Source of the DNA: Patescibacteria group bacterium
GTDB taxonomy: Bacteria; Patescibacteriota; JABMPQ01; JAQVVF01
Assembly (NCBI GenBank): GCA_041662665.1
Contig: JBAZSC010000001.1
Coordinates: 385,511 to 449,510 of the forward strand
Length of the DNA: 64,000 nucleotides
Direction: 5' to 3'
In this document: positions 8,974-19,000 of the stretch, one piece after another
Numbering within the stretch: position 1 is the stretch's first letter
How the letters are laid out: every line of letters starts with the position of its first letter
The notes under the pieces: model-generated
The model's input: only the letters and a program-made list of their open reading frames with translations
What the model was told of the DNA's origin: nothing
The model's database searches: none
Position numbers and translations under genes: made by a program

Positions 8974-9149
8974 CTCTACTAATATTGCATTTACAAAGGC
9001 CGAATCTAGTGACTAACTAGATTTTATATCTAGTGACTAACTAAATATAAAGCTTCTATCCAAATTAATGGATAACCAATTTACATGTTTACGAGACAAG
9101 TAAATATGGTAATATAAATGACTAATGGCCATTCACAATAATAGTAGAG
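8974..9149. ncRNA. Candidate multi-hairpin structured RNA or MITE-like element
   Basis: Terminal CTCTACTA/TAGTAGAG stem enclosing several internal hairpins. Confidence 0.4.
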
Positions 9150-9219
9150 CAATTATCATCTTAACAAATTTTTAAGTCTCTATCAAAAGACTAATTTTAA
9201 GCACACTTTGTGGATAATT

Positions 9220-10947
9220 ATGAAAAAACAAAGAAACAATCCAATTTTTGATCGTCTAAATTTTTTATTTGTCATAATTATAATAGCTGTCATCGCTATT
9301 GTTTTTAAGTTATTTAATCTGCAAGTAGTCAAACATGGCTATTATGAAGCTTTAGCTTCTGGACAGCATAGTTTATTTGAAGAACTAGTACCTGAAAGAG
9401 GCGAGATTTATGTTGAAGACAAATTCTCTAAAAAACTTTATCCATTGGCTATTAACAAAAAAATGAATTTAGTATATGCTGTTCCAAAGGATATTGAAGA
9501 TAAAAATGCAACCAGTATTTTATTATCACCTCTACTTTCAATGTCTAGAAACGATATTTACGATTTAATTTCTGATGAGTCAAAACTATATGTTCCAATA
9601 AAGCATAAAGTTGAAAGCGACACAGTAGAACAAATTAAAAATCTAAATCTGACTGGCATCAGCCATCAAACAGAGGATTGGCGATATTATCCTGACAAAG
9701 TTTTAGGCTCGCATATTTTAGGTTTTGTTGGCTTTGTCAATGATCAAAAAAAAGGACAATATGGTGTTGAAGGTTTTTATGACAATACACTTTCAGGCAA
9801 AAATGGCTTTCTGCAAAGTGAAAAAAATACTTTAGGAGAAATGATTTCTGGCAACTCAAAAAATTTAGTTCAAGGAGCAGAAGATGGCAGTGACATTGTC
9901 TTAACAATTGATCGTTTAATTCAAGACAAAGTAGAAACAGTTGTGAAGGATGCAGTTGAAAAAAATGGCGCTGAAAGCGGTTCAGCAATTGTTTTAGATC
10001 CGCAAACAGGAGCAATAATTGCCATGGCAGGCTATCCAAATTTTGACCCGAATAGTTATTCTGAAGTTGAAAACGTTAATGATTTCAGCAATTCAAGTAT
10101 CTACGAACTTTATGAACCTGGATCTGCCTTCAAGCCATTAATTGTTTCTATGGCTCTTGATCAAAGTTTAATTACTCCAGAAACAAAATTTAATGATAAC
10201 GGTAAAATAGAGATTGGCGAATACACTATCCAAAATTTTGATAAAAAAGCTAACGGCGAATTAACTATTACTCAAATTCTAGAAAAATCAAATAATATTG
10301 GCATGGTGCAAATTGCAAGAACCTTGGGCAGAGACAAAATGTATGATTACCTAATTAATTATGGCTTTGATGAAAATACTGGCATCGATTTGGATACAGA
10401 AGCTGGTGCAAATGTTAAAAAACCAAATGAATGGTCTGAAATGGATTTTGCTACAATGAGTTTTGGACAAGGAATTGCAACAACTCCATTAAGGTTAATA
10501 AATGCAATCGCTTGTGTTGCAAATGGAGGAAGATTATTGAAACCATATATTGTCAAAAAAATTATTAGACCAGACGGATCAGAGGAGACAACAAAACCAA
10601 AAGCAGTCCGTCAAGTGATCAAACCTGAAACAGCAGAGACACTATCAGCAATGATGGTTTCAGTAATGGAAAATGGTTTTGGACAGCCAGCAAGAGTTGC
10701 AGGTTATAAGCTTGCCGGAAAAACAGGCACAGCTCAAGTTCCAAGCGCTGATGGAAAAGGTTATGATCCAAACAAAAAAATCACCACTTTTGTCGGTTTT
10801 GGTCCAATCGAATATCCTCGTTTTGCGATCTTAGTAAAATTAAATAATCCTGGTGGAGATGTGTGGGCGGAATCTGTTACTGGTCCAGCATTCAAATCAA
10901 TTGCGCAAGAATTATTAAAATATTATCAAATAGCACCGAGTAGCTAA
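9220..10947 (+). CDS. ftsI: Class B penicillin-binding protein (FtsI/PBP2 family)
   Basis: PERGEIY, RYYP, EPGSAFK (SxxK), SNN (SxN), KTGTAQ; dcw position. Confidence 0.9.
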   Translation: MKKQRNNPIFDRLNFLFVIIIIAVIAIVFKLFNLQVVKHGYYEALASGQHSLFEELVPERGEIYVEDKFSKKLYPLAINKKMNLVYAVPKDIEDKNATSILLSPLLSMSRNDIYDLISDESKLYVPIKHKVESDTVEQIKNLNLTGISHQTEDWRYYPDKVLGSHILGFVGFVNDQKKGQYGVEGFYDNTLSGKNGFLQSEKNTLGEMISGNSKNLVQGAEDGSDIVLTIDRLIQDKVETVVKDAVEKNGAESGSAIVLDPQTGAIIAMAGYPNFDPNSYSEVENVNDFSNSSIYELYEPGSAFKPLIVSMALDQSLITPETKFNDNGKIEIGEYTIQNFDKKANGELTITQILEKSNNIGMVQIARTLGRDKMYDYLINYGFDENTGIDLDTEAGANVKKPNEWSEMDFATMSFGQGIATTPLRLINAIACVANGGRLLKPYIVKKIIRPDGSEETTKPKAVRQVIKPETAETLSAMMVSVMENGFGQPARVAGYKLAGKTGTAQVPSADGKGYDPNKKITTFVGFGPIEYPRFAILVKLNNPGGDVWAESVTGPAFKSIAQELLKYYQIAPSS

Positions 10948-11056
10948 ATTCCAAATTACAAATCCCAAATTCCAAACAAAAAACAAATTACAAGCCACAA
11001 ATATATTCTTGTAATTTGGAATTTGAGATTTGTTTGGAATTTGGTGCTTGTAATTT
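10946..11056. repeat. Heptamer inverted-arm hairpin (CAAATTC / GGAATTT)
   Basis: aaattccaaattacaaatcccaaattccaaacaaa ... ttgtaatttggaatttgagatttgtttggaatttggtgcttgtaattt. Confidence 0.9.
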
Positions 11057-11065
11057 AATTATCTC

Positions 11066-12352
11066 ATGAAAAATTTACTTCAAAAAATTTTAAAAAGTAT
11101 TTCAAAATCTATTCTCAAAAAACATAATCCAATCATCATCGGTGTTACCGGCAGTGTCGGAAAAACTGGAACAGTTGAGGCTATTTATCATGTCTTAAAA
11201 AATAAATTTTCTGTCAGAAAAACAATTGGCAATTATAATAATGAAATTGGTTTGCCTTTAACAATTATCGGCGAAAAAACAGCTAATCGTTCAATTTTAT
11301 GTTGGTTAAATATTTTCAATAAAGGCATAAAACAAATTTACTCAAAAGATTATCCAAAAATTTTGGTTCTTGAAATGGGAGTAGATAAACCAAATGACAT
11401 GGATTATCTGTTAAATTTAGCAACTCCAAATATTTCTGTAATAACTGCAATTGGCAAAAAACCAGTTCATGTTGAATTTTTCAAAAGTCCAAAAGAATTA
11501 GTTTCAGAAAAAACAAAAATAATTACTAATTTGAAATCAACAGAAACAGCAATTTTAAATTATGATGACATTGCAGTTCGCTTATCAGCCAAGCAAACAA
11601 AAGCAAAAACAATCACTTTCGGTTTTACAAAAGGATCAGAATTGCAAGCAGATAATTTAACACTTAATGCCGATTTTTCGCAAGGACAAAGTTTGCAAGG
11701 CTATAGTTTCAAAATGCGCTATCAAGGCAAAGAAGTTCCAGTCAGATTAAAAAATATTTTTAGCAAAACTCAAATTTACGCAGTACTAGCAGCAGCTGCA
11801 TGTGCAATTTCAATGAAATTTAATTTAATTGAAATTTCAGAAGCGCTATACGATTATCAATCTCCAAAAGGAAGAATGAATTTAATTCCTGGAATTAAAG
11901 GAACATATTTAATTGATGACTCATATAATGCCTCGCCAGAAGCAACATTATCAGCTCTAAATGTTTTAAAAGAAATAAAAACATCTGGCCGAAAAATTGC
12001 CTGTTTAGCTGACATGTTAGAATTAGGAACTATGACAATAGAAGCCCACAAAGATGTCGGTAAATCAGCATCTCAATCAGCAGATTTTATCGTTGCAGTT
12101 GGCAAGGCTTCAGAATATATTGCATCAGAAGCAATTAAATTTGGTTTTCCAAAAGACAAAGTTTTTACATTTCAAAATTCAGAAGAAGCCGGACTTTTCG
12201 TCCAAAATAAAATTTTAAAACCTGGCGATATTGTTCTCATCAAAGGCTCACAAAGCATGAGAATGGAAAAAATAACCAAAGAATTAATGGCAGAGCCAGA
12301 AAAAGCGCCAGAATTGTTAGTTAGACAAAGTACTGAATGGTTGAAAAAATAA
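11066..12352 (+). CDS. murF: UDP-MurNAc-tripeptide--D-Ala-D-Ala ligase
   Basis: GVTGSVGKT, NNEIGLPLT, LEMG, DDSYNASP, DMLELG, KGSQSMRMEK. Confidence 0.93.
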   Translation: MKNLLQKILKSISKSILKKHNPIIIGVTGSVGKTGTVEAIYHVLKNKFSVRKTIGNYNNEIGLPLTIIGEKTANRSILCWLNIFNKGIKQIYSKDYPKILVLEMGVDKPNDMDYLLNLATPNISVITAIGKKPVHVEFFKSPKELVSEKTKIITNLKSTETAILNYDDIAVRLSAKQTKAKTITFGFTKGSELQADNLTLNADFSQGQSLQGYSFKMRYQGKEVPVRLKNIFSKTQIYAVLAAAACAISMKFNLIEISEALYDYQSPKGRMNLIPGIKGTYLIDDSYNASPEATLSALNVLKEIKTSGRKIACLADMLELGTMTIEAHKDVGKSASQSADFIVAVGKASEYIASEAIKFGFPKDKVFTFQNSEEAGLFVQNKILKPGDIVLIKGSQSMRMEKITKELMAEPEKAPELLVRQSTEWLKK

Positions 12353-12357
12353 GTACA

Positions 12358-12385
12358 GTAGGGAACAAAAATTTTTGTTCCCTAT
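12358..12385 (+). repeat. GTAG-initiated palindrome (REP-like), probably also the murF terminator
   Basis: GTAGGGAACAAAAATTTTTGTTCCCTAT. Confidence 0.65.
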
Positions 12386-12512
12386 TTTTAAGAATTATGC
12401 ACAATAAAGTATAGTTTGTTTTTAAAACAAAAAAGTTGTATACTTAAATAAACAACGAACTAATGGCGAGTTATAAAATAATTTGCAATAAGTTTTGATT
12501 TATAAAAACAAA

Positions 12513-15500
12513 ATGGATAATTTTAATATAATCAAAAAAGTACGAGGGGGGGGGCTTAATGGAAAAGTAAAAATTTTTGGTATTTCAAAATACAAGATTC
12601 TTTTGAGTCTTTTTTTTATAGCAATTTTTTCTGTATTGTTTCTTTCATTATCAGTTGCGCAAGCGGCATATAGAGACGTGATTGAAGCTGATTCTCCTAT
12701 TTATTATTGGCCGATGGATGAAGCGGCTGGAGCAACAAGTTTGTCCGCAGTAGTTGGTGGCACGGCAATTAATCTTACTGGCGCGACTGCTGGAGAAAAT
12801 GGACAAGTAGATGGAACAGCAGTTTCTTTTAATGGTACATCTAATTTTGGACAAACTGCATCAAGTATTAACCTAACTTCTTATAGTAAGGTTTTAGTTG
12901 AGACATTAGTTTATTTTGATAATTATGATGCATCAGGAGGATTAATGGTATGGGAACTTGGTTCAAGCATAGCAACACAAACAACAGGTTTTTATTTTTC
13001 ATCTAAGAATGGAAATTCACCTAATGATAAGTTTGCACCTGCCGTCAAAGGTAATGTAGGTTACAATTATGCACAGTATGCACAGGCATCACTACAAACA
13101 TGGCATCATATAGTTGCTGTGTTTGATAAAAGTGTTGCTACGGATGAAGTGAATTTATATGTGGACGGGATATTACAAACAGCTGAGTCAAGACCATTAA
13201 ATCTTGATAATACAAATAATTTTGGAAATTCAGTTTTATATTTAATGAGTCGCGCAGGAACATCATTATTTAATGGTGGTAAAATGCAGCATCTAGCAAT
13301 TTATACTAATTTAAGTGATACAAAAATTTTTGATCATGCTCAAGCTTCTGGAGTTTTACATTTTTCAGGTGGTACTGTGTCGGAATCTTCTCATACTGCA
13401 AACTCGGCAACATTGTTATGGACACATTCATTGTATGGTACAGATCCTATAACGGAACAATTGCAACGAAGTTTGCATGGATTAGATACTTGGTCAGATG
13501 TTAGTGGAGCTACTTTAAGTCCGGCGACTGATTCCGGATTAAGTTCTGATACAAGTTATGATTATAGAGTTGTATATACAGATGCAACATCGGCAACTGT
13601 TTATTCCAATATTGTTACTGTTACGACTAATAAAATTTATCCACCGTATATAGCTAATTCAGATAAAGTAATTGTTGGTCCTTATGATACAGCGCAATCC
13701 GGTTCACCTGCAAATTTTGGAGTTACTGGAGGACATACAAACATGGAGCTTTTGATGAAAGCGCATAAATATAGAATGCGTCAGGATGGTATTGTTAACA
13801 GAGTTCGTCTATATACTGTAAATAAGACAAATCTTACTGGATTTTATATAAGGATTTGGCGAAAAAATGGATCAACATATGATTTAGTTGGTACTAGTAA
13901 TAATATTGTGGATAGTTTAGTTGCCGGAGATTTTGCTACTGTTGATCTTTCTTCTCCCATCATCGGAGTTTTGGAGGGTGATTATATTGGCATGCGAATT
14001 GAATCAAATGGTATCCAAAATTTTTATGCTTATAGTCCTGGAAGTGCAGCCACTTATTACATGTTTGATACTGCTATTTCATCAACTAGCATGGATTGGG
14101 AAAGTAAGACTACTGCTAGCGGGGTAATGCCAGTAGAAATTTATATGCAGGCACCGCAAGTGGCATTTATTGGTGATTCAATTATATCTGGGCATTATAC
14201 AAATTATAGTTTTCTTCATACTACTGAGACAACAAATATTCCTTCAACGCTAGAACGACAATTTAGTAATTTGACGGGCTATACTTATCAAAATATGGGT
14301 ATTGGTGCTCAAACTTCTACACAAATAGCTGCTCGCTTTACTCAAGATATGATAAATTTACATCCGCGAGTCGCTGTTATTGAAGCTGGAGTAAATGATT
14401 TTGGTTCTTATGATCCTGCTACATCTAAGGCAACACTTTTGGCAAATTGGACAAGTATGCTTGATGCCGCACAAGCGAGTGATAGTATTACAACGATTTT
14501 AGTTGTGAAGATTCTTCCTTGGTCAAATGGCACAAATTCTCAAATGCAGATTAGGGATGATTGGAATTCTGCGATTGCAACTTTGGCTGCTGGTTATTCA
14601 AAGGCTATTGTTGTAGATACAAGTAGTTATGTAGGTCAATTTAGGCCTGGAGGAGATGTCGGAAATTTATGGGATATACAAGCCGCTTATGATCAAGATG
14701 GTGTTCATTTTACTCAAGCAGGAAATGGTCAGATTGCGCAAGCATTAGCGGGTGTATTAGATAGTACTGCTCCAGCTACAACTGCAACTCCTACTGGCGG
14801 AATTTACAATATTTCAAAAACTGTAACTTTATCTTGTGATGATGTTAGTGGTCAAGGATGTAATAAAACATATTATACAACTGACGGAACGGATCCAACG
14901 ACTAATTCATCTGAATATGTTTCTCCTTTAGACATTTTTTCTAACACAATTCTAAAGTTTTTTTCTGTCGATGTTGTTGATAACCAAGAATCAATTAAAA
15001 CAGAAAACTATGTTATAGATACTATTGCTCCAGTTACAATTGCTTCTCCTGCTAGTGGAACTTATACATCGACTCAAACTGTTACTTTAACAGCAGTTGA
15101 TAGTAATACAGGAGTTAGCAAAACATATTACACAACCGATAGCACAGAACCAACCACATCATCTTTAGTCTATTTATCACCAATTGAAATTAATCAGACA
15201 ACAACTCTCAAATTCTTTTCAGTCGATAATGCTGGAAATATTGAAAACATTAAAACAGAAAATTACATAATTATTACATCAATTCCTTTTATCGAAAGAA
15301 TCAATCTTGAAGATGCAGTCTTAAATCAAACCTATCAAAGTCAACAAAATAATGCTGATCTTCTTTTCTATCTTCTTCCTAAACAAAAATCAATCAAAGA
15401 TCTATATATTAAATTAATCAGAAACAAGAAGAAGCATCTTAACGGTTTTACAAAAAAGAACAGTTATCCAGGATACTTAAAGCTATTATCAAATATCGGC

Positions 15501-15896
15501 ACAGTCAAAAAAGCTTATCAAAAAAATGTTAACAAGCATATTAATTTTAGAATTTCAGTCAGATATTCAAAAACAAAATTAAACAAGACGAATATCAAAG
15601 AAAAAAATCTAAGATTATTCATTAAAGACAGAGACAATATCTGGCGAGGACCATATCGAATATACCAAAACAAAATAACGCATACACTAAAATTTAAAAT
15701 CAGAAATTATTTAGTTAAGCCTCCAAAGAATCCAATTCCAAATCCGTTAGACATTAAAACAAAGAACCGACCATTTGCTCCATCATTTTACTTCAGAACA
15801 TTAAAAAAGATTAAGTTTGTCATTGCAGAAAAGAATGCCTTATCTAATTTAACTAATTTAGAAACATCGGATAGCCAAGATTTCTTCTTTGAGTAG
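12513..15896 (+). CDS. Large secreted protein: LamG, FN3, SGNH hydrolase, two Fn3-associated Ig repeats, basic C-terminal domain
   Basis: Signal peptide ..VAQA; YWPMDE/WHHIVAV LamG; FIGDSI..G.ND..DGVH SGNH; two YYTTDG/SxxP repeats. Confidence 0.8.
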   Translation: MDNFNIIKKVRGGGLNGKVKIFGISKYKILLSLFFIAIFSVLFLSLSVAQAAYRDVIEADSPIYYWPMDEAAGATSLSAVVGGTAINLTGATAGENGQVDGTAVSFNGTSNFGQTASSINLTSYSKVLVETLVYFDNYDASGGLMVWELGSSIATQTTGFYFSSKNGNSPNDKFAPAVKGNVGYNYAQYAQASLQTWHHIVAVFDKSVATDEVNLYVDGILQTAESRPLNLDNTNNFGNSVLYLMSRAGTSLFNGGKMQHLAIYTNLSDTKIFDHAQASGVLHFSGGTVSESSHTANSATLLWTHSLYGTDPITEQLQRSLHGLDTWSDVSGATLSPATDSGLSSDTSYDYRVVYTDATSATVYSNIVTVTTNKIYPPYIANSDKVIVGPYDTAQSGSPANFGVTGGHTNMELLMKAHKYRMRQDGIVNRVRLYTVNKTNLTGFYIRIWRKNGSTYDLVGTSNNIVDSLVAGDFATVDLSSPIIGVLEGDYIGMRIESNGIQNFYAYSPGSAATYYMFDTAISSTSMDWESKTTASGVMPVEIYMQAPQVAFIGDSIISGHYTNYSFLHTTETTNIPSTLERQFSNLTGYTYQNMGIGAQTSTQIAARFTQDMINLHPRVAVIEAGVNDFGSYDPATSKATLLANWTSMLDAAQASDSITTILVVKILPWSNGTNSQMQIRDDWNSAIATLAAGYSKAIVVDTSSYVGQFRPGGDVGNLWDIQAAYDQDGVHFTQAGNGQIAQALAGVLDSTAPATTATPTGGIYNISKTVTLSCDDVSGQGCNKTYYTTDGTDPTTNSSEYVSPLDIFSNTILKFFSVDVVDNQESIKTENYVIDTIAPVTIASPASGTYTSTQTVTLTAVDSNTGVSKTYYTTDSTEPTTSSLVYLSPIEINQTTTLKFFSVDNAGNIENIKTENYIIITSIPFIERINLEDAVLNQTYQSQQNNADLLFYLLPKQKSIKDLYIKLIRNKKKHLNGFTKKNSYPGYLKLLSNIGTVKKAYQKNVNKHINFRISVRYSKTKLNKTNIKEKNLRLFIKDRDNIWRGPYRIYQNKITHTLKFKIRNYLVKPPKNPIPNPLDIKTKNRPFAPSFYFRTLKKIKFVIAEKNALSNLTNLETSDSQDFFFE

Positions 15897-15911
15897 AGAA
15901 ATATATTAACA

Positions 15912-15939
15912 AAGCCTCGGATTTTCCCGAGGTTTTTTG
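15912..15939 (+). terminator. Intrinsic terminator
   Basis: AAGCCTCGG-attttc-CCGAGGTT-TTTT. Confidence 0.75.
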
Positions 15940-16082
15940 TTAAATACGCAAACAATTCAACAATTTAACAATTGAACAATGTTAAGTTCTAAAAACATAA
16001 TATTTATGTAAAAGATATTAACAATGTCAGTTGTGTAAAAAGCACAAATATTATATAATAAAACAAACAACAAAATTAAAAC

Positions 16083-19000
16083 ATGAAAAATTTGATTAAG
16101 AATTGGATAGTCATCCCAACAATTTTTGTTATAATTGCCGTTCTTATTTTTGGCAATAATTTTTATAATGCTCAAAAAACAGATGCCGAAGTTTTGACTT
16201 GGACTCAAGTTGCAAATAACGTTGGTTCAACTGCAACTGCTTCAATTCTAAGTTCTAACGGAAAAATATATGCCGGCACTTATGATGGCTCTGGAACTAT
16301 TGGCACAAGATTATTTTCAAGCTCTAACGGAACAGATTGGACTCAAGTTAACAGTGACGGTTTCGGTGTTGTGGCAAACAGGAGTACGTATTCATTAATC
16401 GAATTTGATGGTGCAATTTTTGCTGGTGTCAGCAATGCTGCTGGAGGACTTATCTATCGTTGCGATTTAACTACTGATTGTGATCAAGCTGTTAATTGGG
16501 CTGCTGCAACTGATCCAGGACTTTCAAATGTCAACAATATTGAAATTAGTTCTTTAGTTGAATATGATGGTTATATTTTTGCTGGAACTCGAAATCTTGT
16601 TACTGGTGCCGAAGTTTGGAGTTGTCAATCAATTGTTTCAGACTGTAATATCCAAGCTAATTGGTCAAGAGTTGATGGAGCTAGCGGTTTTGGTGATGCT
16701 AATAATGTATCCGCAGCAAGTATGGCAACATTCAACAATGCTTTGTACGTTGGAACAGGACGCGTTCCTGGCAGTCCGACAAGTGAGGTGTGGTATTGTA
16801 CTAGTTGTAAAGGCGTCGACTGGAATGTTTCGAATAATAATGGTTTTGGAGATAATAATCAAACAGTTCAATCTTTAGTAGTTTATGATAATCAGCTTTA
16901 TGCTGGCACAGAAAAATCTGGTGGAATACAGAGTGCAGAACTTTGGAGAACTTCAGATGGTACTAATCCTGCAAATTGGGCGCAAGTTGGCGCTGACGGT
17001 TTTGGTGCAACTGCTGTAAGTAGAACATTTCAATCGATGCTAGTTAATCGTGATGCACTCTATGTAGGAACTGGACGTGACGATGCCGGCACTAGAATTT
17101 GGATGTCAATTGATGGGGCAACTTTTGAACAGATTAATGAATCAGGTTTTGGCAATGCAAACATTAATTCTACATACGGACTAATTGCTTTAAATAATTA
17201 TCTTTATTCTGCTAATGGCAATATTGCTGGAGGGAGTGTTGTTGGTTCAGTTTACCGAACTTCATTAAATCCAGCTATTACCGCAGGTAGTGTAACTGCC
17301 TCTCAAGTAACTGATGGCACAGGTAGAGTAAATATTTCTTTTACACTTAGCGATCCTGATTATAATAATTCACGCGCCAAAGTTGAATATTCTTTAGACA
17401 ATGGCGCTACCTGGCCTGGAAAAGCAACTCTTTCAACGACTGACGCTGATACAACTGCAACATTTGGCGATCCAAAAATTGATAATAGTACAGCTTATCA
17501 AGTTGGTACTGCTGCAGGATATATTACAACATCTTCAGGAGCTAATACTGTTAATGTTGTTTGGAATTCAAAGCTTGATGCGCCTGGAGCCAATACAAAT
17601 AATGCAATGATTCGTGTCACTCCAAATGACCTGCTTTATGATGGAACAGCTGTCTCTTCTGCAAGTTTTAGCCTTGACAATGTCGCACCTGTGATAAGCA
17701 ATGTGACGGTTAGTCCAACTTGTGGCAAAAGAAATACTGATCTTAGTATTACAGTCAGTATTGATGGAACTCAATCTGAAAATCCATCTGTCACTGTTGA
17801 CGGAAATTCCGCTACAACAAACAATGCTCAAGCTGGTGCAGAATCAATTCGATATTCTTATCGTGTTTTAGGAACTGAAACTCAAGGCTCAGATCCAGTC
17901 GTTGCAAATGCAAGAGACTCTGCTGGCAATACCAGCACAAAATCAACAACAGTGACATTAGATTTTAATGCGCCAGTAATTACTGCAAATCCTGATGGTG
18001 GCGCATTCAATAGTCTAATAAATGTAACTCTTACTGCAAATGAACAAGTAGGAAAAATTAGATATACAACAAATGGTGATGATCCAACTGTAAATGGAAC
18101 AACTTACCGAGGCGCTATTCCAATCGATAGTAATACAACTTTAAAATTTTATGCCTTTGATACTTGCGGAAATACCTCTGATGTCAAAACAGAAATTTAT
18201 GTTTTTGATTTTGTAGCTCCACACACATCAGCCAACCCTCCTGGTGGAATATATGAAAATCCTCAAGCAGTAGAATTGACTTCAGACAAGCCAGCCACAA
18301 TTTATTTTACAACTGATGGCACTGAGCCGACAGAAAACTCAAATGTTTATAATGGTCGAATACTTATTAGCGAGAATACTACTTTGAAATTTTTTGGCAT
18401 TGATGAAGCAGGAAATAGAGAGGCAACTGTTAATACAGAAGTTTACGTTATCTCATCAACAAGCCCATTTATTTCTCTTACCAAAACTTACAGCATCTCA
18501 GCAATTTCAGCCGGCACATCAGGCAGCGGAAGCTCAATGCTAAAAAAAGCAACATCAGTTGTCAGTAATTTTAATGTCAAATCAAAATTTAGTTTAATCC
18601 TCTTTATCGTAATCGCATTTTGGCTTATTGTTTCATCAATTTATTTCATCTTTACTTTCTTTAAGAATAGAGCCAGAATATCAAAAACTTTCAGCTATCT
18701 ATTTAAAAAACAAAAAGTATTTTGTGGAACTGTCACAATAATTATTGCCTTTTGTTTAATTATTGAATTATTTATAGGTTACGGCACAAGAGCAGCTTCT
18801 GTTTCTCGAGGAGATTTTATAAATTATCGCATTGATTATATTAATCAAGGTGCAAAGTCGACAGCTGATTTAAGAATCGTCGATTCAATTTCATCTTCTA
18901 CTACATATATTACAGGTTCAATTAATGTTAATGGTGTCGGACGTTCTGATTCTAGAGATAATGATAATGCTGATTATAACGAAACAAATCCTGGTGCAGT

